From NCBI GenBank assembly GCA_963707955.1, contig OY970176.1:1632001-1696000 (forward strand): 64,000 nt of DNA, written 5' to 3'. Numbering within the stretch: position 1 is the stretch's first letter; each line of letters starts with the position of its first letter. This DNA comes from Candidatus Bathyarchaeota archaeon (lineage in GTDB: Archaea; Thermoproteota; Bathyarchaeia; Bathyarchaeales; Bathycorpusculaceae). The notes below the pieces were generated by a model that saw only the letters and a program-made list of their open reading frames with translations, did no database searches and had not been told where the DNA came from. Shown in pieces: positions 49,994 through 59,571 of the stretch. The position numbers and the translations under genes were made by a program.

Positions 49994-50872
49994 ATGTCTG
50001 TGTTGATTCGGAGATTGGTTGAGTCTGATCGGGATGATGTTTTGGAGATTTCTAGGTATACTTGGGATGGGCATGATTATTTGGGAACGGTTTTTGATGA
50101 GTGGGTGAATGATCCGAAATGTGATTTTGTCGGTGTGGAGGTAGAGGGCCGGGTTGTGGCTGTGGGTAATTTACGGTTGATTGAGGGTGGATGGACTGGC
50201 TGGTTGGAAGGCTTGAGGGTGCATCCGGATTTTAGGCACAGAGGATATGCGAATGAAATCACTGCTTATTTGGTTGCAGAGGGTGAGCGGTTGGGTGTTG
50301 GGCGGTTTCGTTATACGACTAGTGATCGGAATGCTGAGTCATTGAAGATTGCTGCGAAAGCTGGGTTTTCAAGGATTCTTGAGTTGGCTGTGTTCTGGGC
50401 TACTGGGGTGAAAATGTTGCCTCCGATGCGAGTTCATTATGCTTTAGAAGAGGCGGGGCCTAGCGCGCTTTATGATTTGCTGAGAAACAATGTCGACATG
50501 GTTCCTAGTGGGGTCTTGGTTTATGATTGGAAGGCTTTGGAGTTCAGTCTGGAGAGTCTTGAAGAGATCGGGAAGGATCATCGTTTCTACGTTGGATTGA
50601 AGAATGGGAAGGTCGATTCGTTGTCTTTTTGTCATCTGAGACCCGACAGGAAGGATCAGCCGTGGTGGAGTTTCACAGTTTATGCCCATGATTCGGAGGG
50701 TGTTATGGGGCAGGTTTCGCATAGTTTGAGGATTGCTTTGGAGGGTGGTTTGAACACGGCTATGGTGACGCTTGAGAAGCGTTTCGAAGAAGTTGTGGGC
50801 GAGTTAGAGTTTGGGGCTGATGAGCAGGATACTTCTCATCTGGTTATGCTGGAGAAGAAGATTAAAACATAA
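49994..50872 (+). CDS. GNAT-family acetyltransferase
   Basis: WDGHDYL, WLEGLRVHPDFRHRGYA, NAESLKIAAKAGF; GGAGG SD. Confidence 0.88.
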   Translation: MSVLIRRLVESDRDDVLEISRYTWDGHDYLGTVFDEWVNDPKCDFVGVEVEGRVVAVGNLRLIEGGWTGWLEGLRVHPDFRHRGYANEITAYLVAEGERLGVGRFRYTTSDRNAESLKIAAKAGFSRILELAVFWATGVKMLPPMRVHYALEEAGPSALYDLLRNNVDMVPSGVLVYDWKALEFSLESLEEIGKDHRFYVGLKNGKVDSLSFCHLRPDRKDQPWWSFTVYAHDSEGVMGQVSHSLRIALEGGLNTAMVTLEKRFEEVVGELEFGADEQDTSHLVMLEKKIKT

Positions 50873-51378
50873 AGTTGACGAACGCTAGTCAAACCTTGGC
50901 AAACAATGTGTTCGCGTCTTATCCGTGATCTTGGCGGGCGTTTGTTAGCGCGCGCGCCAACCACCACCACTTTGCTTTGTGGCTACTCAAGGCTCCTACC
51001 TAAGGGACGGTAGACACTAAGGAGCGTGGAGTGGCTGGATAAAACTTCACTCTAACTAAACTTCTGAACTGATATTATTTGGGTTCATGAAGGTGCTTCT
51101 TTTCGTGCGGGCTATTCCCCTCATGAACTTTGAAACCTGTGGAACAATGTGCTGATTGACTTGGTGAACGGCCAATTCGTTCTCGACAATATACCAATGA
51201 TAGGGTTTCGGCAGTGTAATCACATAGGCGTTGAGGATAGAGCGCGCGCTTCATTTCTCTCACCAATTACTCCAAAGCCAGACAAATCCACTGATTATTT
51301 CTGACGCACTTTCGAAAACGAATATCTTTAACTGAGCAGAAAATCGGAGCGACTCTCCCAATTATATGGAATCGATAA

Positions 51379-51951
51379 TCAGGTGGAATTCGGCTTGGCA
51401 ATTATCTCTCTAATTGCGACGTCAAAAAGATTGTGTGAGGGAGCTGATTTGATTACGACGGCGGTATCGGCGCCCTTTCCCGAGCCCGCTATGGCTATAA
51501 CGTCTTTGCCCGTTGGGATTGCCCCCGCATCTGCAGCCATTGCGGTGATTTCGACGACCACCTTCATGCCTTGACCAAAAAGTCTCAGGGTCTGGGCAAC
51601 TATCCCTGCTGGGTACACGGTGTTAAATTTCGCTTGGATTGCCCTGTTTACGCCCGAAAAGGTGTGAGCAGCTGTTACTATTTTTCCTCCCTGTGCCTTG
51701 ATCTTCTCAGCAAGCACATCATCCAGTTCGTTGGTGCCAGGTTCCTTCATGGCTGCGACGTGAGACACGACCACAACGTTATAACCCCTAAACATATTGA
51801 TTGCCATCAGACCGGTCGTTCCCCGCGTACTGGCGACAACGATATCTCTTATGTTAAGTTCATCAGCCCTTTCCTTAGCGGCTCTAAGTGTCTCAGCCGA
51901 GTTAACCTCGCCGGGATCGTTGAAGTACAGAACAATTTTTTTAGTCGACAT
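51379..51951 (-). CDS. Stand-alone pyruvate-kinase C-terminal-like protein (COG1751-like)
   Basis: YFNDPGEVN, IVVASTRGTT, LRLFGQGMKVVVEI, GADTA. Confidence 0.85.
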   Translation of the reverse strand: MSTKKIVLYFNDPGEVNSAETLRAAKERADELNIRDIVVASTRGTTGLMAINMFRGYNVVVVSHVAAMKEPGTNELDDVLAEKIKAQGGKIVTAAHTFSGVNRAIQAKFNTVYPAGIVAQTLRLFGQGMKVVVEITAMAADAGAIPTGKDVIAIAGSGKGADTAVVIKSAPSHNLFDVAIREIIAKPNST

Positions 51952-52159
51952 TGAAATACCCTCGGCGCGCGCTAAATTACTGCGCTGATTCCCAGATAAG
52001 TTTTCTCTCGCATTCTTCGTCCACGACTAAGATTCGCAGTTTGTTAAGCTTGCCTAGCTATGAAGCGATTTATTCTCGTAACGACTCCTCCTATTCCCAT
52101 GTTTAATGTGTCGTAAGCGCGCGTTAGAGACCCCTGATGGCCCGTAGTGAATTCTGGCG

Positions 52160-52651
52160 TTAGAAGTGGCCTAGAACAAAATCCCTCAAACCATTATGGT
52201 TCATCAAAAAATCAATTATAATTCTCGTGGCTTTGACAATCTGCACATCGAGCAGCCGCGAGGTGCCCAGTGTAAATATGAAGGAGAATATGCCCAAGGG
52301 AATTTCTAGGATGAGGTTTAAGGAGCCAAAAATCAGCACGAAAACAAGCGTGAGCAGAGCACCAAGTATGCCCATGATGAATGAGCGCACGATGAAATAC
52401 AGCCTCTGATGCCACACAGAAAGCAGCAGTGCCTTTGCAAGAGCCTGTTTCCCGACGTTCCGTTCGGTTTCAGTAGGCGCTTCATTCACATGCTGCAGCA
52501 AAGTTTTGGCGTGACGCATATCTGTCAAATGCAGAATCTTTATCATTTCGTCGGACTCTGCAAGCTCTTTTGAGCTCTTGTTTTCGATTTCCGTCATGAT
52601 TTCTTGAGTCATTTCGTCGACTTTTTGGTCGCCGATTGAAGTGGAAGTCAT
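52160..52651 (-). CDS. Membrane protein (2 TM)
   Basis: Soluble N-terminus then two hydrophobic helices. Confidence 0.65.
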   Translation of the reverse strand: MTSTSIGDQKVDEMTQEIMTEIENKSSKELAESDEMIKILHLTDMRHAKTLLQHVNEAPTETERNVGKQALAKALLLSVWHQRLYFIVRSFIMGILGALLTLVFVLIFGSLNLILEIPLGIFSFIFTLGTSRLLDVQIVKATRIIIDFLMNHNGLRDFVLGHF

Positions 52652-52998
52652 ACACGAAACCAGCTGAGATCTTAGCTCTCTAGTTAATAACTTCTTTGAG
52701 TCTTGGCATGTTTTGATTCTGGGAAACGCGCAACTGCACACGCAAGAAGTAGTAGAACACAAAACAGCGCGCGCTGCTTCCACACTGGCGGGGCATTTGC
52801 AGTGTATTCTTGTCATACGATATACAAGTTGATTATCAAGCTACCGAGAACCCAACTCGTAAGCATGGCCACTACCATCGTCCCGAGGGCTGTCGCCCAA
52901 AATAACACTCTGCTTCGTGCGAATTATGACTCCGCCAACAAGCGCGCGCCTAGAAACGGTAAAATAGAGGAACTTTACATAGACGTAGCGCGCCCTAA

Positions 52999-53217
52999 AT
53001 GAATACTTTGCCTAGAAGACCAAAGGTCCTTGGTATTCTGTTGATCTTTTTACTGCTTGGCTCCTTTGTTCTCGGAGCTGCAGCAGAAGTTGCACCTAAA
53101 TACATTAGCCTCTTTTTACTGATTGCTTTTCTTGTTGTCATAGCATTTGGAATTGTTTTCTACTATAATAGCAAGCGTAAGCGCGCGCTAAATTGGATGT
53201 CACAAAACGAGACTTGA
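52999..53217 (+). CDS. Small two-TM protein, possibly a fragment
   Basis: Two TM helices; (GC)n motifs at 52988 and 53181. Confidence 0.5.
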   Translation: MNTLPRRPKVLGILLIFLLLGSFVLGAAAEVAPKYISLFLLIAFLVVIAFGIVFYYNSKRKRALNWMSQNET

Positions 53218-53285
53218 AGTCTTTGCTCATAATCTTAAAGCAGTCGAGCGCTGCATTTGGAAAATGGGTCACGCAAGCTATGAAG

Positions 53286-53585
53286 TCAAAGAGGGATTGG
53301 CATAGGTATGCCGTTTCTTGCTTCCTCAACTATCGGGAGCACTTGTTTCAGTTCCCTGAAGTACTTGAGTACCGTTATGCCTCTTTGAGTTATAGCAAAG
53401 ACTGTTCTACTTTTCCCCACATTTCTTTCTTCAACAAGATTCTGTTTGATTAGGAAGGCAAGATACTCTTTCAGAACGCTACAATTCACGTTTGCTTTAT
53501 ACATTATATGCGTTAGTTTCAAAGGTCCGCGATGAGCCAACACTTTGAGAATGTCAACGTACATCTCGAGTTTGGAACGTCTCAT
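53286..53585 (-). CDS. Winged-helix regulator (HTH_45-like)
   Basis: MRRSKLEMYVDILKVL, THIMYKANVN, ITQRG. Confidence 0.88.
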   Translation of the reverse strand: MRRSKLEMYVDILKVLAHRGPLKLTHIMYKANVNCSVLKEYLAFLIKQNLVEERNVGKSRTVFAITQRGITVLKYFRELKQVLPIVEEARNGIPMPIPL

Positions 53586-53998
53586 AATTCTGCCCTTCGC
53601 GTATGTGTCTTTCACCAGTTGGAACAAGGGGTATAAACCGTTTATGAATCAGAAACCATGGTTCATAATCACATATTGCCGCGCCAACAGAAGTTTTCGT
53701 CGCACCTCTGCAACATGTTTCTGTTCATATTGAACCTCTAGACAACCTGAACTTGGAATAGTTATCGCAAGTATGTATTTCGAAACCGTATTTTGACAGC
53801 GTGCACTGCGCGCGCTGCATCGCCATTTTTCGCTCCCTTAGAAACAAGTTCCAATCGTTTGTAAGACAGAAATGTATGATCCATGATGCGCGCGCTGATA
53901 GTAATTACGTCGGGAACGCGCTTGCTTCTATCTAGCACAAAACTTAAGAAAAGTATGTGATATATTGTGGAAATTGGCGAATGAGGAGGTGATTTTGG

Positions 53999-54244
53999 TT
54001 GGCTAAATTAAAGAAGCGTTCTGGGACTATGCAAGAGTTTGACAAAGCAAAGCTGAAAACCTCTATGAAGAAGGCTGGAGCCAAAGAAGAACACGCAACA
54101 AAAGTGGCGGATAAGGTGGCAGGCAAGGTAAAAGAAGGAACAAAAACTATAGAGATTAGGGAATGGTTAATAACAGAACTAAGGCCGTTGGATTCAAAAG
54201 CTACAGAGGCATACGTAAGTTACAAGAAACCGAAGAAGAAGTAG
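53999..54244 (+). CDS. Stand-alone ATP-cone domain protein
   Basis: KKRSGTMQEFDKAKLKTSMKKAG...TIEIRE; GGAGGTGA SD. Confidence 0.82.
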   Translation: MAKLKKRSGTMQEFDKAKLKTSMKKAGAKEEHATKVADKVAGKVKEGTKTIEIREWLITELRPLDSKATEAYVSYKKPKKK

Positions 54245-54484
54245 CGTGCGATCCTATGCTGGGTCGCATTCATTTTTAGCGCGTGCTCCTTTCCTCTTTC
54301 TTGTGAATAGTCTGAATTGTGTGTCGTTAGGTTGGGTCGTGGAACATTAGATTTATTAGTGCCATCGCGCGCGCCAGTTAAAGTGCGCTCTGGTCTGGCC
54401 GAGTGCAAGGTTGATTTCCCGATGGACAGAGTTTCTTGAAGAGGACCGCGAAAAGCTAAACGAGTTTGATGAATGCTTCAGGCT

Positions 54485-54612
54485 CACACTCACTCCGTGT
54501 GCGTGTGTGTGCGTGCGTGTGTAGGTGTAGGTATAGGAGTATAGGTAGGTGTAGGAGTAGGAGTGTGGGTGACCAGAGTGGCGTGCAGGTGCTCACAGAG
54601 TGGAGTGAGTGA
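54485..54612. repeat. Low-complexity GT / GTAG(G) microsatellite-like tract
   Basis: GTGTGCGTGTGT...GTAGGTGTAGGTATAGGAGTATAGG. Confidence 0.7.
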
Positions 54613-55105
54613 GCGCGCGCGCTACCGTAGGCAGTGGTTGGTTGGATAAAACTTTACCCCCGCGCGCGAGGGACAAATGCGCAAGCAGGTTCAGTGCAGG
54701 AAGGATGGAACCAGAAGAGGGCGTGATGGTCGCGGGCATTGAAAAGTCACCGCCCTTGTCGAGACCCTCCGCCAAGCCTTTCGCATAAACTCGGCTTCAG
54801 CCCCTTGCGAAGTCAGTAGGGCCTTCCCTAGCGCCCGCTTGCAGTACTAGTACCCTAGGGGGGAGGGGGAGGGTGGAATAGACGGGGCCAAAACGCGAAT
54901 ACAGGGATGTAGCGTTCAGGTTTGGCATCGCTCAATTGGTGGGAAGCAGGAATCACAGCCATTTTTATGGTTGAAACGATTTCAGGGGCTTCCCAAAGCA
55001 TCTGTCTTCTATGAACATTAGACTCTTCAACAGGGTCAGCGAAAGTTTTAATATACCATGCTCTTAGCTTCGTTTCTCCATCAGAATTGCCACGGGTGAA
55101 ATTGC

Positions 55106-55894
55106 TTGAAACGCATACTTGTTTGCCTCAAACAGGCAGTTGACGTTTCACAGTTGAAGGTTGACCCCGCAACGAGAAGGCTGGTCACGGCTGGCGCGCC
55201 TAAGAAAATAAGCGATTTCGACAAGAACGCTTTGGAGGAGGCCATCAGGCTCAAAGAGAAGCTCGGCGGCGTCGAAGTGCTCACACTGACTGTAAGCCCT
55301 GAAGACGCAAAGCCCGTGTTGAGAGAAGCGCTCGCGATCGGCGCTGACAGAGCCTACATCGTCAACGACCCAAGCGTTCAGGGAGCAGACACTTTGGGCA
55401 CGGCTTACATCCTCGCTGAAATGACAAAGAAGATCGCCGACTTCGACCTGATTCTCTGCGGCGAAACATCCCTGGACAGCTTCAGCGGCCTCGTCGGCCC
55501 CAGACTGTCAGAACTGTTAAACCTGCCCCAAATAACCTCTGTCAGAAAAGTTGCGGTGGAAGGCGACACAGTCGTCGCCGAAAGGTCGCTTGAGGACGCA
55601 AGCGAAACTGTGAAGGCAAAAATGCCTGCCCTAATCTCGGTAACGCGGGAAATAAACCAGCCGAGAATCCCGTCGCTCATGATGATAATGAAAGCCTCAA
55701 AGAAAGAAATCGTCACCTGGACGCTGAAAGACCTCAACGTTTCCACCGAAAAAATCACCGCAAAAACCGAAGTCATAGACGCCCTGGCACCGAAGATGGA
55801 AAGGAAAAAGATCAAAATCACAGGCGAATCCGTGCAGGAGATCGCGGAGAAGCTGGCTAAAGTGCTCATTCAAGAGGGCGTCGTCGGAAGGTGA
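55106..55894 (+). CDS. etfB: Electron transfer flavoprotein beta subunit
   Basis: ILVCLKQ, DKNALEEAIRLKE, ALAIGAD, INQPRIPS. Confidence 0.95.
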   Translation: MKRILVCLKQAVDVSQLKVDPATRRLVTAGAPKKISDFDKNALEEAIRLKEKLGGVEVLTLTVSPEDAKPVLREALAIGADRAYIVNDPSVQGADTLGTAYILAEMTKKIADFDLILCGETSLDSFSGLVGPRLSELLNLPQITSVRKVAVEGDTVVAERSLEDASETVKAKMPALISVTREINQPRIPSLMMIMKASKKEIVTWTLKDLNVSTEKITAKTEVIDALAPKMERKKIKITGESVQEIAEKLAKVLIQEGVVGR

Positions 55895-55899
55895 ACCAA

Positions 55900-56865
55900 A
55901 TGAGCGAAAACAGAGGAGTCTGGGTCTTCTCAGAAGCGCACGACCTGACCATCGAAATGCTCGGAAAAGGAAGAGAACTAGCAGACAAACTGCAAACGGA
56001 ACTCGCAGCCATCCTCATCGGAAACAACGTACAAGACAAAGCAAACGAACTGATAAGCTACGGCGCAGACAAGGTCTACTTGGTCGACAACCCGGATGTG
56101 GAGCATTTTCAGGCTGAAGCCTACCTAGGCATCCTGCACAACTTGGCCATGACCTACCGGCCAGAAATCCTGCTAATCGGGTCGACCAGAAACGGAAAAC
56201 CCCTCGCAGCCAGACTCGCAACCCGCTTAGACACCGGATGCGTACCAGACTGCGCAAGACTGAGCGTTGACGAGAACAGAAAACTCATCGGCGAAAGGAT
56301 AACCTACGGCGGAAACGCCGTGGCCAAGGTAACCTTCAAGTCCCAGCCGCAGGTAGCAACCGTGCCCGCAAGAGCGTTCGAGAAACCCACGCCTCAAACC
56401 CGAAACGGACAGGTAATCAAACTGGACCTGAAGGTTGAGGAACCGAAGACCCAAGTGGTCGAAAGAAAACCCCTTGAAACGTCAAACGTGAACGTCGAGG
56501 AAGCCCAGTACCTGGTCTGCTGCGGAAGAGGCTTAGAGAAAAAAGACGACAAGGTCCTGCTCGAAGAACTCGCAAACGTTCTAGGCGGCCAAGTCGGCTG
56601 CTCACGCCCACTGGTTGAGGACAGAAAATGGTTCACAGAATGGATAGGACTCTCAGGACACAAGGTCAAACCTAAACTCTACATGGCATGCGGCATCTCC
56701 GGCGTGATCCAACACGTCGCCGGCATACGCGACTCCAAGATAATCGTGGCCATAAACAAGGACCCAGAAGCGCCGATATTCGAAATCGCAGACTACGGAG
56801 TCGTAGGCAACCTGTACGAAGTGCTGCCAGCCCTCAAAGACGCGCTGAAAAGACAGCTTCAGTGA
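55900..56865 (+). CDS. etfA: Electron transfer flavoprotein alpha subunit
   Basis: GRGL, GCSRP, IGLSG, GISGVIQHVAG, AINKDPEAPIF. Confidence 0.95.
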   Translation: MSENRGVWVFSEAHDLTIEMLGKGRELADKLQTELAAILIGNNVQDKANELISYGADKVYLVDNPDVEHFQAEAYLGILHNLAMTYRPEILLIGSTRNGKPLAARLATRLDTGCVPDCARLSVDENRKLIGERITYGGNAVAKVTFKSQPQVATVPARAFEKPTPQTRNGQVIKLDLKVEEPKTQVVERKPLETSNVNVEEAQYLVCCGRGLEKKDDKVLLEELANVLGGQVGCSRPLVEDRKWFTEWIGLSGHKVKPKLYMACGISGVIQHVAGIRDSKIIVAINKDPEAPIFEIADYGVVGNLYEVLPALKDALKRQLQ

Positions 56866-56907
56866 ATCTTCGCTTTCCTCAAAGGGAAAAAACGAGAAGG
56901 ATTTTGT

Positions 56908-58134
56908 CTACTTGTAGGCGATGAAGTCTCTTCCCAGCAGTTCTCTTGCAATCACCGTTCTCTGTATGTTCGTGGCCCCTTCAGCTCCAACGCAGTAGGA
57001 CATTATCCCGCGCAGACCCATCTCCAACGGACATTCTCTGGTGTAGCCCCATGCTCCAAGCCAGATCATAGCATGCTTGTAAACGTCAAAGGCCAGATGC
57101 GGCGCCAAGAGCTTGCAAGCCGCAATCATTTTGGTCACCTCAAGCGGCGTAAACTTGCTTTCCTTATAGCGCATGTCCAACATCCACGCAGTTCTGTAGG
57201 TCAAAGACCGCAAAGCCTCAAGATGCGCCCAATCATCAGCCATCTCGAATTGGATGCCCTGGAACTTGCCGATCGCTCTGCCGAAGGCTTTTCGCTCCTT
57301 TATGTAGTCCATGCCAACGTCGAGTGCGCGTCTGGCAGCCCCGACGCATACGCTGGAGATGAGGATGCGTGCGGCGTCGAAGCCTTCCATCGTCAAGTAG
57401 AAACCCTTGTCAACGTCGCCTAAACGATAAGCATCAGGTATCTTGACGTTGTTCATGAGGAAGCCACCCGTTGAAATCGCCATTCTTCCCATGTCCTCGT
57501 AACGCTTGTTAATTTCAACCCCAGCCGTGTTCATGGGCACGTAGAAACCGGTCATTCCACGATGGGCAGCTTCCGGCGATGTTGGTGATGTTCGTGCGAG
57601 GACGAAGTAGCCGCCGCCGAGCTTCTTTGCCTCCTCAGTGCCGCTTATGTACGTTTTTTCACCGTTGAGGACCCAGTCGTTTCCCACTTTCTTTGCTGTA
57701 GACTTTAAGGCTGCAACGTCTGACCCTCCGCCGGTTTCTGTGGAACCTATGCCTATGAAGGCGTCGCCTCTGATTGCTGGGCGTATAACGTCGTTGCGGA
57801 CCCTTTCGCTCGCGTGCCTGTCGACCACGTATCCCCAGGATGATTCTACAAGCCAGAGCACGGGCAAGGCGATGCTCACGTCTGCGTAGCCAAGCTCTTC
57901 TCCTGCGATGCACGCCGTGACCCAGTCTGCGCCTGTTCCGCCGTGCTCCTCCGGAGCCGTCATTATGTTCAGTCCCATCTCACCCATGCTCTTAAGCATC
58001 GACTGCGGAATCCAGCCCTGGGTGTCCATCTCCCTGATCTTCTCTATCGGCAGGTTCTTCTCGCACCATTCGCGGACAGCCTTGCGAAAGAGTTCCTGTT
58101 CCTCCGTGAACCCAAATTCCACCATTTTCTCCAC
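56908..58134 (-). CDS. Acyl-CoA dehydrogenase
   Basis: TETGGGSD, LNGEKTYIS, RKAFGRAIGKFQ, GAWGY, EGATNIQR. Confidence 0.93.
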   Translation of the reverse strand: MEKMVEFGFTEEQELFRKAVREWCEKNLPIEKIREMDTQGWIPQSMLKSMGEMGLNIMTAPEEHGGTGADWVTACIAGEELGYADVSIALPVLWLVESSWGYVVDRHASERVRNDVIRPAIRGDAFIGIGSTETGGGSDVAALKSTAKKVGNDWVLNGEKTYISGTEEAKKLGGGYFVLARTSPTSPEAAHRGMTGFYVPMNTAGVEINKRYEDMGRMAISTGGFLMNNVKIPDAYRLGDVDKGFYLTMEGFDAARILISSVCVGAARRALDVGMDYIKERKAFGRAIGKFQGIQFEMADDWAHLEALRSLTYRTAWMLDMRYKESKFTPLEVTKMIAACKLLAPHLAFDVYKHAMIWLGAWGYTRECPLEMGLRGIMSYCVGAEGATNIQRTVIARELLGRDFIAYK

Positions 58135-58183
58135 CTTTTGAAGGGAAGCTTTGCGAAAGCTAATATAAAAGTTGTTTGCAGCT

Positions 58184-59059
58184 CTAACTCGAAATCTTTG
58201 CCAGAAGCGTTTCTGCGGGGCTTTGATTCAACTGTAGCCCCAGTTTCCCCGCGTCTATGCCCATTGCAAGGCCGAGCAGCTGCGTGTAGTAAACTACTGG
58301 AACGTTGAGTTTCACTCCCACGATCGTCCCAGCGTCCTTCTGCTTCGCATCAAACATCAGTCCGCAGTCAGGGCACGATACGACTAGACCTGTCACGCTC
58401 AAGCCTTGCACTGCTTTAAGCTTGGAACCCGCAAGTGAAAGGGCAGAATCAGGATGGCTGCGCATCAACGCGGCCCCGCAGCAATCCAGCTTTTCAGCGT
58501 AGTCCACGGCTTCAGCGCCGATCGCTTCTATCAATTCGTCGAGCTTTCGCGGGTTCTCCGCGTCGTCACTCCTTCCCAAGTCACTGTAACGTATCAGCTG
58601 GCAGCCCACGTGAGTTGCAACCTTTAGACCCGTGAGGGGTTTCTTCGCGGCTTTCCTGATTTTTTCCAACCCCACGTGATCGTGTAGAAGGTCGATCGTG
58701 TGCCAGATCTTGATGTTTGGGCTGTAGTCTAGTCCCTCCTCTTTCAGCAAGTTGATGATTTTCTGAGCGGTTTGAGGCTTCTTCTTCATAGTATCTTGAG
58801 CTTCGGAGAGCGTGAAGTGGCAGCGGTTGCACGGGACAAGCAGGTTGTCTAGGCCTGTCAGGTTTGCCTGGGCCAGAACTCTAGCCGCTAGGAAGGTGGC
58901 CGCAAACTCGTTGACACTCTTCACGGGGTCGCCGCAGCAAACGGATTCGCTCAGGTCGACCAGCTCGATGCCAAACTTGGGAAGAGTTGCTCGAAGCGAT
59001 ATCTCATAGGCAAACTGGTTAGCCTGTATGCAACAGCCCCAGTAAACGGCGATTTTCAC
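58184..59059 (-). CDS. hdrB: Heterodisulfide reductase subunit B
   Basis: YWGC, CCG, PCNRC, HVGC, CCGA, SCPDC, YYTQLLGLAMG. Confidence 0.92.
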   Translation of the reverse strand: MKIAVYWGCCIQANQFAYEISLRATLPKFGIELVDLSESVCCGDPVKSVNEFAATFLAARVLAQANLTGLDNLLVPCNRCHFTLSEAQDTMKKKPQTAQKIINLLKEEGLDYSPNIKIWHTIDLLHDHVGLEKIRKAAKKPLTGLKVATHVGCQLIRYSDLGRSDDAENPRKLDELIEAIGAEAVDYAEKLDCCGAALMRSHPDSALSLAGSKLKAVQGLSVTGLVVSCPDCGLMFDAKQKDAGTIVGVKLNVPVVYYTQLLGLAMGIDAGKLGLQLNQSPAETLLAKISS

Positions 59060-59060
59060 A

Positions 59061-59570
59061 CTACTTCTCCTCCATAGCCTTCATGAAGGCTGCTTGAAAA
59101 GTCTGCTTCGGAGGCTTGATCTTCGGCAGTTTCGCGGATTCGCGGTCAACGGTTTCCATCTTTCTGGTCACTATCTTCTGAGGAGGCTCTGCCAATCCGG
59201 TTTCCAGTATCTGTGAAACGATTTTCAAGTAACCCTCGGGCACTTTTGCCCCTCTTTCAACGGCAAGGTTTCTGAGGGCTATTATGACATGGTAGGGCGA
59301 AGCCTTCTGCGGGCACCTTTGGACGCATTTCAAGCATGTGACGCAGGTCCAAATGATGTCTGAAGATGACAAGTCCTCCACAAGACCTAGGTTGACGAGC
59401 TTCACTATTTCGTGCGGTTTCAGCTCCAGCAGCTTCAGCGCCGTGCAACCACTCGTGCATCTTATACACTGATAACAGTTTAAGAGTTCCCTTCCGCCGA
59501 GCTTCAACAGAATTCTGTCTCGCAATTCAAAGTTGGGCTTGGCCGTAGACATCAAGTCGACGAGACTCAA
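59061..59570 (-). CDS. hdrC: Heterodisulfide reductase subunit C
   Basis: CYQCIRCTSGC and WTCVTCLKCVQRCP. Confidence 0.92.
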   Translation of the reverse strand: MSLVDLMSTAKPNFELRDRILLKLGGRELLNCYQCIRCTSGCTALKLLELKPHEIVKLVNLGLVEDLSSSDIIWTCVTCLKCVQRCPQKASPYHVIIALRNLAVERGAKVPEGYLKIVSQILETGLAEPPQKIVTRKMETVDRESAKLPKIKPPKQTFQAAFMKAMEEK

Positions 59571-59571
59571 G

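Noticed and set aside
39430-54668. Classical integron or CRISPR array explaining the cassette pattern
   Set aside because: No attC-like hairpins, no integrase, mixed gene orientations and no regularly spaced 25-40-bp repeats.
54727-54745. Reverse-strand ...CCCGCGACCA resembling a tRNA 3' end
   Set aside because: No cloverleaf can be built upstream.
54960-54995. GAAAC...AGGGG resembling an origin recognition box
   Set aside because: Single weak match, no TTCCA half-site and no cdc6/orc1 in the window.
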